Assembly (NCBI GenBank): GCA_964401865.1
Contig: CAYNZZ010000010.1
Span: forward strand, 13,316 to 45,315
DNA length: 32,000 nucleotides
Direction of reading: 5' to 3'
Source of the DNA: an uncultured Erysipelotrichaceae bacterium
Lineage (GTDB): Bacteria > Bacillota_I > Bacilli_A > Erysipelotrichales > Erysipelotrichaceae
Position numbers and translations under genes: made by a program. Below the pieces are notes generated by a model. That model saw only the letters and a list, made by a program, of their open reading frames with translations, did not search any database and was not told the DNA's origin. Positions 19,022 through 26,902 of the stretch are shown here, in pieces; positions within the stretch are counted from its first letter, which is position 1; each line of letters opens with the position of its first letter.

Positions 19022-20675
19022 AGTAATCGCTTTAACTAAGCTATATATCAAAAATTCGATGTTTTCTACCTTGAAGACCAACAATGGTAAAAAGGGTAAA
19101 CGCATAGGCTTCTTTATCTTATATTGCTTTTTGTTTCTGTATCTAGGTGCGATAGCAGGTTTTCTTTCCTATAGCATAATTGACATTTTAAAGCCTATTA
19201 AGCAGACAGCAGTATTTATTAGTATGATACTAACTGCCAATTTGTTTATGACTTTTATTGAAACTATTATTTCAAGCATGAATATTCTTTATTTCACTAA
19301 GGATAATGAGCATATACTTCCTTTGCCAGTTAAGGCGGCGGAAATTGTGTCATCAAAGATAAATTGCTTATTGATTTACTCGTATATCAGTGAATTATTT
19401 TTAGGAATTGTGCCTTTTGTCGTATATGGTGTAATGACTAATGCGTCTATTCGTTTTTATATATTTTCATTTATCATATTAATTATTTTGCCAATCTTCC
19501 CGGTTATATTAGCCTCTTTATTGGTGATGATACTCATGAGTTTTACCAAAGCAGTTAAGAATAAGTCTCTTTTACAGGTGCTCGGTATTATTTTAGTAAT
19601 GGTATTTAGTTTTTCGATTTCATTTTTTGCCAATAACAGTGAATTAGAAGAAGCTCAAATTTTGGCGATGTTGTTCAAGGCTAATGGTCTGGTTGATATG
19701 TTTAGAGGCTTCTTTCCAACCTTGGGTTTAGCTATTGACGCTTTATGTAAGACTAAGTTTATTGATTCTTTTATTGCGCTTGTGCTTTTGCTTGCCAGCA
19801 ACATTGCGATATATTTGGCTTTTATTTTGCTTAGTCAAAAATTATATTTCAAAGGGGTTGTTGGAACATTATTTTCTTCAAGTGGTAGTACAAATAAGAA
19901 ACTCAACACTAAGAAAGCCTATAAATCAAGTGGTGTGGCTATGTCTTATATCGCCAAAGAGTTCAAAACTTTATTTCGTAATGCAACTTTTTTAACTCAA
20001 TGTGTTTTGCCATCGGTATTAGTTCCTGTCTTAATATCGGTTGTTAGCTATTTTTCGTTTGCTAACGGATTAGAGAAGGGCGGAGCCAGTATGAATATGA
20101 TATATTCAGTTATTCAAAGCCCCGAAAGTGCAACAATAGTTTTTGTGGTAGTTAATTCGATAGCTTCGTTTTATGCGATGTATTGTTACACTGGAATAAC
20201 AGCTATTTCAAGAGATGGACAAAGTGCATTATTTATGAAATATATTCCGCTTTCTTTTGCATGGCAATGTATTTATAAAGCAGTTCCTAACTTTGTTTTC
20301 TTATTATTTAGTGAAATATTTGTGATCGCTTTATGTATTTTGATGAAAGTTCCAATGATGATAGTTATTTTGTCTTTGATTATGTATGTTTTATTTGCGA
20401 TTATTCATAGTTTAATATCAGTTTATTTAGATTTGAGAAAACCTAAATTGACTTGGGCTAATGAATATCAAGTCGTTAAAAACAATATGCGTATTTTATG
20501 GATTTCGGCAGTTGCATTAGCTAATATGCTAGTTGGTCTATTGCCTCTATTTATTAGTAGTGTTCCAGTTTATTACATAGCTGGTGTGTATATTATTGCC
20601 TATGCTATTATCGTTATTTTAATGATCAGTCATTTATTTAAGAAAGACCTCGCTCTTAGTGTTAAAATAATGTAG
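19011..20675 (+). CDS. Polytopic membrane protein, putative ABC exporter permease
   Basis: 554 aa with at least 10 hydrophobic segments. An 11-nt overlap with the upstream ATPase gene implies translational coupling. Confidence 0.65.
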   Translation: MLNRVIALTKLYIKNSMFSTLKTNNGKKGKRIGFFILYCFLFLYLGAIAGFLSYSIIDILKPIKQTAVFISMILTANLFMTFIETIISSMNILYFTKDNEHILPLPVKAAEIVSSKINCLLIYSYISELFLGIVPFVVYGVMTNASIRFYIFSFIILIILPIFPVILASLLVMILMSFTKAVKNKSLLQVLGIILVMVFSFSISFFANNSELEEAQILAMLFKANGLVDMFRGFFPTLGLAIDALCKTKFIDSFIALVLLLASNIAIYLAFILLSQKLYFKGVVGTLFSSSGSTNKKLNTKKAYKSSGVAMSYIAKEFKTLFRNATFLTQCVLPSVLVPVLISVVSYFSFANGLEKGGASMNMIYSVIQSPESATIVFVVVNSIASFYAMYCYTGITAISRDGQSALFMKYIPLSFAWQCIYKAVPNFVFLLFSEIFVIALCILMKVPMMIVILSLIMYVLFAIIHSLISVYLDLRKPKLTWANEYQVVKNNMRILWISAVALANMLVGLLPLFISSVPVYYIAGVYIIAYAIIVILMISHLFKKDLALSVKIM

Positions 20676-20689
20676 CGAAGGTTATTGAT

Positions 20690-21544
20690 ATGCTTAAAAA
20701 AGGTGAAATACTATTATTCTTTACAGCTTTAATTTGGGGAACTGCTTTTATATTTCAAAGCATTTCCGCTGAATTAATAGGTCCATTTTTGTTTAATGGT
20801 TCTCGTTTCTTGTTGGGTGGTTTGGTTATACTGCCATTAGCGCTTAAAAAAGATCCTAACAATGATAGAAACAAGATGATACGCTGTGGTTTGATTTTAG
20901 GGCTTGTGATGTTTATTGCTCCTAATTTTCAACAGTTTGCGATGTCTAATACCAGTGCTGGTAAAGCGGGTTTTATGACTTCTCTTTACATTATCTTAGT
21001 TCCGATTTTATCGTTTATATTTTTGAAAAAGCGAATTTCTAAAAAGGTTTTTATCTCGTTAATAATAGCTCTAGTGGGATTGTATTTGTTATGTGGAGCA
21101 ACATTAGATTTAAGAGTGAGTGATATTTCTTTGATTTTGTGCGCATTCTTCTTTGCGGTTCAGATTATTGTGGTTGAATACTATGTCAAATGGGTAAATC
21201 CAATTAAAATGTCATGTATCCAATATCTGATAGCTGGTGGATTATCTTTAATTTGTGCTTTATTCTTTGAACAGTTTGATATGAATAATTATGTGTTGGC
21301 AATACCTTCTATTATTTATACCGGTGTGTTCTCCACTGCTATTGCCTATACTTTACAAATTATTGGCCAGAAGAATGTTGATGCAACTATTGCTTCAATT
21401 ATCATGTCTTTAGAATCGACAATAGCAGCTTTGACAGGATTTATCTTTTTACACCAAAGCTTGAGTTTATATGAGTTGTTGGGTTGTGTTTTGATGTTCT
21501 GTGCAGTAATACTTTCACAACTTCCATCAAAGATAAAGGAGTAG
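20690..21544 (+). CDS. EamA/DMT family transporter
   Basis: 284 aa with a duplicated 5-TM pattern. The start WGTAFIFQ is typical of EamA domains. Confidence 0.75.
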   Translation: MLKKGEILLFFTALIWGTAFIFQSISAELIGPFLFNGSRFLLGGLVILPLALKKDPNNDRNKMIRCGLILGLVMFIAPNFQQFAMSNTSAGKAGFMTSLYIILVPILSFIFLKKRISKKVFISLIIALVGLYLLCGATLDLRVSDISLILCAFFFAVQIIVVEYYVKWVNPIKMSCIQYLIAGGLSLICALFFEQFDMNNYVLAIPSIIYTGVFSTAIAYTLQIIGQKNVDATIASIIMSLESTIAALTGFIFLHQSLSLYELLGCVLMFCAVILSQLPSKIKE

Positions 21545-21547
21545 AAA

Positions 21548-21817
21548 ATGTTTGAAGAAGAGAGAAAGGTTATCAACGAAATTGATGAAGAAATAAAAAA
21601 TCTATTTTTAAAAAGACAAGAAACAGTTTTAAAAATAGCTAAAATCAAATATGCTAATAATTTAGCGATATTCGATGCTAAACGCGAAGAAGATATGAAA
21701 AAGCGTTTGACTAATGATTTGAATGAAGAAGACAAAAAATACTATTTGTCATTATTAGATAAAATCTTAGAATTATCTAAGAGCTACCAGAAAGAAAAGA
21801 TTGATGAAATGAAATAA
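21548..21817 (+). CDS. AroQ-class chorismate mutase (small, standalone)
   Basis: 89 aa, all-helical. It shows the INEIDEEIKNLFLKRQETVLKIAKIK ... DAKREEDM pattern of the CM_2 domain. Confidence 0.65.
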   Translation: MFEEERKVINEIDEEIKNLFLKRQETVLKIAKIKYANNLAIFDAKREEDMKKRLTNDLNEEDKKYYLSLLDKILELSKSYQKEKIDEMK

Positions 21818-21839
21818 ATGCGAGGATAACCTCGCATTT
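21816..21839. terminator. Bidirectional terminator between chorismate mutase and csoR
   Basis: A perfect 10-bp stem aaatgcgagg / cctcgcattt with loop ataa. Confidence 0.7.
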
Positions 21840-22095
21840 ATATTTGCTTTTCCAAAGCTTTAATAATTTCATCGACTTTTGAATCATCACCTTCAATGAT
21901 GGCGTTCTTGACGCATTCATCAATATGTGTTTTAAGAATTTGGTTATTAGCCTTTTTTAGTAGTGCTCTAGTAGCCATGAGTTGATCAGAAATGTCAAGA
22001 CAATATCTATCGTCATCAATCATCTTTAATATGCCTTCAAGCTGTCCGATAGCTATTTTGATATATTTCTTTTCTTTTGTACGATCTTTACTCAT
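21838..22095 (-). CDS. csoR: Copper-sensing transcriptional repressor CsoR
   Basis: 85 aa, CsoR/RcnR family. The C-H-C ligand pattern is present: Cys in DRYCLDI, then His and Cys in THIDEC. The start overlaps the copA stop by 8 nt (ATGAGTAA). Confidence 0.85.
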   Translation of the reverse strand: MSKDRTKEKKYIKIAIGQLEGILKMIDDDRYCLDISDQLMATRALLKKANNQILKTHIDECVKNAIIEGDDSKVDEIIKALEKQI

Positions 22096-24454
22096 TGATA
22101 ATTTCTACCACTTGATATCCAGCTTCGGTTATTGCTTGAGTGATTAGCTCATCGCTTATATCAGTATTTTTAATGAAAGCTTTTTTGGCTTCGAGAGACA
22201 CTTCGACATCGAGATTTAATTTTTCTAAAGCATCTTTGACATGTTTTTGGCAATGTTGACACATCATTCCTTCGATTTTTACAGTTTTATTCATGTGTTG
22301 TACTCCTTTCTTTTTTGTGTTTTTAATTCTGAGAGCATTACTTAAGACGAATATTGATGAAATGGACATAGCGAAGGCTCCTATCATAGGATTTAAAGCT
22401 AAACCGAATGAATCATAGAAAAGACCGGCAGCTACTGGGATAAAAATTGCGTTATAGAACAAGGCCCAGAATAGATTTTCTCTAATGATCTTCATTGTTT
22501 TTTTAGATATTTCAATGAGATATGCAATGTCACTTAAATCATTTTTAATAAGTATAACATCGCTTGTCGCATAGGCTATATCACTGCCTGAAGAAATACC
22601 AAACGATACATCAGCACTACTTAGAGCAATGGCATCATTAATGCCATCGCCAACCATAGCGGTTACACCATCTTTTTTCTTTTCTTCAACAATCTGATAT
22701 TTATTCTCTGGCTTAATTTCAGCAACAAATTCATCTATGCCGACTAATTGCGCAATTTTTGCAGCGGTAATCTTGTTATCACCTGTGCACATTGTAACAT
22801 TTATATTCTTTTCTTTTAACTGTGAAATTGCTTCTTTTGAAGTATTTTTTATTACATCTGCAAGATATACAACACCAATTAATTCATTATTTTTAGCTAC
22901 AAGTATAAATGACCAGTTATTATCAATGGCTAAATTTACGATTTCATCTTTTACTTTTATATTATTTGTTTCCATCCATTTATGGTTACCGGCAAAGTAA
23001 TAATCTTGATCATTTTTGGCTTTAATTCCTCTGCCGCTTATTTCACTAAATTCATCGAATAATATGCTGCCATCGGGATATTTTTGAATAATGGCTTTAG
23101 CAATGGGGTGATTGGATTTTGATTCTAAAGAGGATATGATATCATGAAAATCGCTGCAATATGCAATTTCTTTTACGATTTGAACTTTATTTTCAGTGAT
23201 GGTTCCGGTCTTGTCTAAAACGATATTTTTTATTTTGTATGCTAATTCTAAGATACTTGGATTTTTAATTAAGATACCATTTTTAGCACTTAGGCCAGTT
23301 GCGACCATAATGGCGCTGGGTGTTGCAAGGCCTAGTGCACAAGGACAGGAAATAACAAGAACACTAAGAGCGAAGTTTAAAGACAGTTCAAGATTTTTAC
23401 TTGTGGTAAACCATATCACAAAAGTAGCTAAAGAAATAATTAAGACACTGGGTACAAAAAATGATGACACTCTATCGGCGAAACGTTCGATGGGAATTTT
23501 TTTAAGTGTTGCCTCTTTTGTAAGCTCAATTATGTTGTTCAAAATTGAATCACTACTAGAAGAAGTTACCTTGACTTCAATAGAGCCATTTAGATTGATG
23601 GTTCCGCCAATGACGGTGCTATTAATATTTTTTTCTATTGGTAAAGATTCGCCAGTTATCATTGATTCATCCACTAAAGAAGTTCCTTTAATAATTATTC
23701 CGTCTTGTGGGATGCTTTCGCCAGCTTTTACTAGCATAATATCGCCTACTAGTACATCATCGATAGGAACGATAACTTCTTTTCCGTCTTTGAAAATTGT
23801 AGCTTGCATAGGTCTAAGCGTTGCGAGTGCTCTAATACTTTGTGTGGTTTTCTTTTTGTTTTCACCCTCGATATATTTCCCGATCGAAACAATAATCAGT
23901 ATCATTGCACCGGTTTCAAAATATAAGTGAAATGAATTGTCGCCATTAAATATTTTGACAGTAGCCCATAGAGAATAAACGAATGAGACCGATGTTGATA
24001 TAGCTACAAGAGCATCCATATTAGGATTTAAATGCAAGAGTGATTGGATGCCGCTTTTAAAATACTTGATATTGAGAATATAGATAAAAACGGTAAGAAT
24101 CAGTTCGATTAATGCAACAGTGAATGGATCATGTATAAATGTTGGAAGACGAAGCATGTGCCCCATTGAAAAATACATCAGTACAAACATTAGGATAATA
24201 GAAATTATGAATTTAATTTTATGATAATCAACTTTATTTATTTTTCTATTTATTATTAGTTCATATCCAAGTTCTTCAACATTTTTTGCCAGTTCTTGTT
24301 CAGATAGTTGCTGTTCATTATATTCAATTGCCATCTCGTTTTCTAATAAATTGATTTTGCACTCGTTTACAGCATCTAATTTACCAATATTCTTTTCGAT
24401 GGTGTTTTTACATATCGCGCAAGACATTCCTTTTACTTCATATGTTTTCTTCAT
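22088..24454 (-). CDS. copA: Copper-translocating P1B-type ATPase CopA with N- and C-terminal HMA domains
   Basis: N-terminal HMA GMSCAICKNTIEK, TGES, CPC motif (ISCPCALGLATP), DKTGTIT, GDGINDA. The last 68 aa form a second HMA domain (MNKTVKIEGMMCQHCQKHV). Confidence 0.95.
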   Translation of the reverse strand: MKKTYEVKGMSCAICKNTIEKNIGKLDAVNECKINLLENEMAIEYNEQQLSEQELAKNVEELGYELIINRKINKVDYHKIKFIISIILMFVLMYFSMGHMLRLPTFIHDPFTVALIELILTVFIYILNIKYFKSGIQSLLHLNPNMDALVAISTSVSFVYSLWATVKIFNGDNSFHLYFETGAMILIIVSIGKYIEGENKKKTTQSIRALATLRPMQATIFKDGKEVIVPIDDVLVGDIMLVKAGESIPQDGIIIKGTSLVDESMITGESLPIEKNINSTVIGGTINLNGSIEVKVTSSSSDSILNNIIELTKEATLKKIPIERFADRVSSFFVPSVLIISLATFVIWFTTSKNLELSLNFALSVLVISCPCALGLATPSAIMVATGLSAKNGILIKNPSILELAYKIKNIVLDKTGTITENKVQIVKEIAYCSDFHDIISSLESKSNHPIAKAIIQKYPDGSILFDEFSEISGRGIKAKNDQDYYFAGNHKWMETNNIKVKDEIVNLAIDNNWSFILVAKNNELIGVVYLADVIKNTSKEAISQLKEKNINVTMCTGDNKITAAKIAQLVGIDEFVAEIKPENKYQIVEEKKKDGVTAMVGDGINDAIALSSADVSFGISSGSDIAYATSDVILIKNDLSDIAYLIEISKKTMKIIRENLFWALFYNAIFIPVAAGLFYDSFGLALNPMIGAFAMSISSIFVLSNALRIKNTKKKGVQHMNKTVKIEGMMCQHCQKHVKDALEKLNLDVEVSLEAKKAFIKNTDISDELITQAITEAGYQVVEIINE

Positions 24455-24466
24455 GCTTATTTCTCC

Positions 24467-24483
24467 ATACCCCTATAGGGTAT
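24467..24483 (-). promoter_or_regulatory. CsoR-type operator upstream of copA
   Basis: The near-palindrome ATACCCCTATAGGGTAT sits immediately upstream of the copA RBS (GGAGAA, 24461-24466 on the minus strand). It matches the ATACCC-N-GGGTAT style operators of CsoR regulons. Confidence 0.75.
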
Positions 24484-24541
24484 TTATAATTTATCACAAT
24501 ATGTAATTACAATCAACTAATTTGATTTATAATATTCTTAT

Positions 24542-25843
24542 ATGAAATTAGTAATTAAAAAATACGGAATTAACGGTGAAGGTATTGGGTATGATAAAAA
24601 GATTCCGATTTTTGTGAAGGGCGCTTTGAAAGACGAAGAAGTAGAAGTCAAAATTATTCAAGACTACAAAAAATATAAGATAGCAAAACTGATAAATATA
24701 TATAAGTACAGCAAGGCGAGAGTTAAGGCTAAATGCCCGTATTATGAAAAATGCGGAGCTTGCAGTTTGTTGCATGCATCATATGATGAACAGATTATTT
24801 ATAAGAAGAATACACTCGAAGAGTCTTTACTTAAATATGCGGGTATAGAAGAAAATATTGAGGTTGTTAGAAGTCCTGAACAGTTCAATTATCGAAATAG
24901 TTTTAAATTGCCGGTTAAAGAGGTTAACGGAAAACTTTGTGCCGGATTATATAGCGAAGATTCCAATAGATTTTTAAGAATCGAAAAATGCTTAAATCAT
25001 GATGTATTACTAAACAAAAATCTTAAACAAGTTCTGAATGTTTTAAACAAATATCATATAAAAGCTTATGACAACAAGTCTAAAAGTGGTATTAGATACA
25101 TTACACTTAGAACGATAGATGGAAATTGTGCGTTATGTCTTGTTACAGGTAATGACAAAATAGAAAAAAGCATCGTTGATGAATTGGTTAAGATAAAAGG
25201 AATATCTTCGATTTATCAATCTATTAATATTTCAAAAAGTCAAGAGATATACGGTAATCAAATGATCCATTTGGCACTTAAAAAGAAAATGCCTTTTATG
25301 TTTGATGGACTAAAGATGGAAGTTTCGATTAGATCTTTTATGCAACTTAATACTTTGGCAGCTAATAATATGTATAACTATGTTTCAAACTTAGTTAAGT
25401 TTAATAACGAGCTGATAATTGAAGCGTATTCAGGATTGGGGTTGATGTCTTTTTTGTTGCGCGAAAAAGCCAGAAAGATTGTTGGAATCGAGATTATTAC
25501 TGATGCAGTAAATAACGCCAATAAAAACGCTAAAAATAATGATGTAAATAATTTAGAGTTTATAGCCGGTGATTGTGCAGATATTTTATATCATAAATAT
25601 AGAAACAGCAGTATTGATTATTTAATTGTTGATCCACCAAGAACGGGATTAGATGACAAAATGCTTAATTGTTTAATGAAAGCTAAGATTGATAATATTA
25701 TTTATATTTCGTGCAATCCATCAACATTGAGCAAGGATTTATCCGTTTTAAATGGTAGGTATAAAATTAATTCTATTAAAGCATTTGACTTATTTCCAAA
25801 TACTCAACATGTTGAAAGCGTTGTTTTTTTACGTAGATATTAA
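24542..25843 (+). CDS. RumA/TrmA-family 23S rRNA (uracil-5)-methyltransferase
   Basis: N-terminal TRAM-like region, Fe-S cysteine cluster (CPYYEKCGACSLLH), SAM-binding region (EAYSGLGLMS), DPPRTG, and C-terminal FDLFPNTQHVESVVFL. Confidence 0.85.
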   Translation: MKLVIKKYGINGEGIGYDKKIPIFVKGALKDEEVEVKIIQDYKKYKIAKLINIYKYSKARVKAKCPYYEKCGACSLLHASYDEQIIYKKNTLEESLLKYAGIEENIEVVRSPEQFNYRNSFKLPVKEVNGKLCAGLYSEDSNRFLRIEKCLNHDVLLNKNLKQVLNVLNKYHIKAYDNKSKSGIRYITLRTIDGNCALCLVTGNDKIEKSIVDELVKIKGISSIYQSINISKSQEIYGNQMIHLALKKKMPFMFDGLKMEVSIRSFMQLNTLAANNMYNYVSNLVKFNNELIIEAYSGLGLMSFLLREKARKIVGIEIITDAVNNANKNAKNNDVNNLEFIAGDCADILYHKYRNSSIDYLIVDPPRTGLDDKMLNCLMKAKIDNIIYISCNPSTLSKDLSVLNGRYKINSIKAFDLFPNTQHVESVVFLRRY

Positions 25844-25854
25844 TAGTAAATATT

Positions 25855-25886
25855 TGTTAATAAAAACGACACGTCTATGATATAAA
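25855..25886 (+). promoter_or_regulatory. Candidate promoter of the WYL-cas operon (extended -10)
   Basis: TGaTATAAA (25878-25886) fits an extended -10 element. A TTGTTA at 25855-25860 is 20 nt away, too far to serve as a good -35. This is the only intergenic space upstream of the four coupled genes. Confidence 0.3.
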
Positions 25887-25922
25887 CTTTCTTATAACTT
25901 GATAATAATTTATACTTATTGT

Positions 25923-26891
25923 ATGGGAAGTAGTAACAAGAAAATAATGATTGTTCAATTCATTAAATTGATGAAAAAGTATACTGATTATGATCATCGC
26001 TTATCAATTAAAGAAATAATCAATTTATATAAAGAAGAATATGATGATACTATTTGTAGGCAAGCTATATCAAATTATATTAAAGAACTTGATGAAATAG
26101 GTATAGAAATATTATGCTCTAAATCAAAATATTATTACTCAGATGATAATAGAGATTTAATTGATGCAGAAGTTGAATTATTATGTCACTCTGTAATGTC
26201 TAGCTATGTAATTCCTTTATCATATTCTGAAGATTTAATTAAGAAATTAAAACAAACTCAAAGTATCAAATATATTGCTGAAAATAAGAATTTAGATTTT
26301 AATATCTCTAATATTGACAAAAGAGAAAATAAAGAACTATTTTTAAATTTTGAAACTATATCAAAGGCTATTGATGATAATGTATATATTTCTTTTGACT
26401 ATTTTCGATATAATGCTGATAAAAAACTATGTAAGAATAGAAGTGATTCATATAAGACATTACCGATAAGAACTGTATCGATGCAAAACAAATTCTACTT
26501 AATCACATATAATGAAAAATATAATAGTTTTACTCATTATAGAATTGATAAAATAGGTAATGTTAAGATATTAGAAAAGGCTTCAAAAGTTATTGAAATT
26601 GATCCATATGAGTATACTAAAAATAGATTATATATGTATGGCGGAGATATCGAAACATTTGAATTGTTTGCTGATGAATATATTTTAGATGAAATAATTG
26701 ATTTATTTGGTAAAGAAGTCAAAATAAATAAAAAAGATAACCATTATGTGGTTGAGGTTAAGACAACTAAAGAAGCGATTATATTCTTTGCATGTCAATA
26801 TATCAAACATGTGACAGTAATAAAACCAAATAATATCAAAGAAGAAATAATTGACATTCTTAAAAATAAATTAGATGAATACGTAGATTAA
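25923..26891 (+). CDS. wHTH-WYL-domain transcriptional regulator (BrxR/CapW-like architecture)
   Basis: N-terminal winged HTH (LSIKEIINLYKEEYDDTICRQAISNYIKELDEIGIEI). Central WYL domain (VYISFDYFRYN...KFYLITYNEKYNSFTHYRIDKIGNVKILE). C-terminal extension of about 90 aa. The start is ambiguous: TTG 25899, ATG 25923 or ATG 25947. The stop lies 11 nt before the cas9 ATG. Confidence 0.8.
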   Translation: MGSSNKKIMIVQFIKLMKKYTDYDHRLSIKEIINLYKEEYDDTICRQAISNYIKELDEIGIEILCSKSKYYYSDDNRDLIDAEVELLCHSVMSSYVIPLSYSEDLIKKLKQTQSIKYIAENKNLDFNISNIDKRENKELFLNFETISKAIDDNVYISFDYFRYNADKKLCKNRSDSYKTLPIRTVSMQNKFYLITYNEKYNSFTHYRIDKIGNVKILEKASKVIEIDPYEYTKNRLYMYGGDIETFELFADEYILDEIIDLFGKEVKINKKDNHYVVEVKTTKEAIIFFACQYIKHVTVIKPNNIKEEIIDILKNKLDEYVD

Positions 26892-26902
26892 GGAGAAAGT
26901 TT

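Noticed and set aside
21346-21735. A 129-aa minus-strand ORF spanning the EamA end and the chorismate mutase gene.
   Set aside because: It overlaps two better-supported plus-strand genes, is low-complexity Ser/Phe/Ile-rich and lacks start signals.
23196-23930. A 244-aa ORF on the plus strand, the largest unexplained ORF in the track.
   Set aside because: It lies entirely antisense to the most conserved core of copA (DKTGTIT, CPC, TGES regions). It has low-complexity Ile/Ser/Phe-rich composition, no RBS and no recognisable motif. This is a typical shadow ORF.
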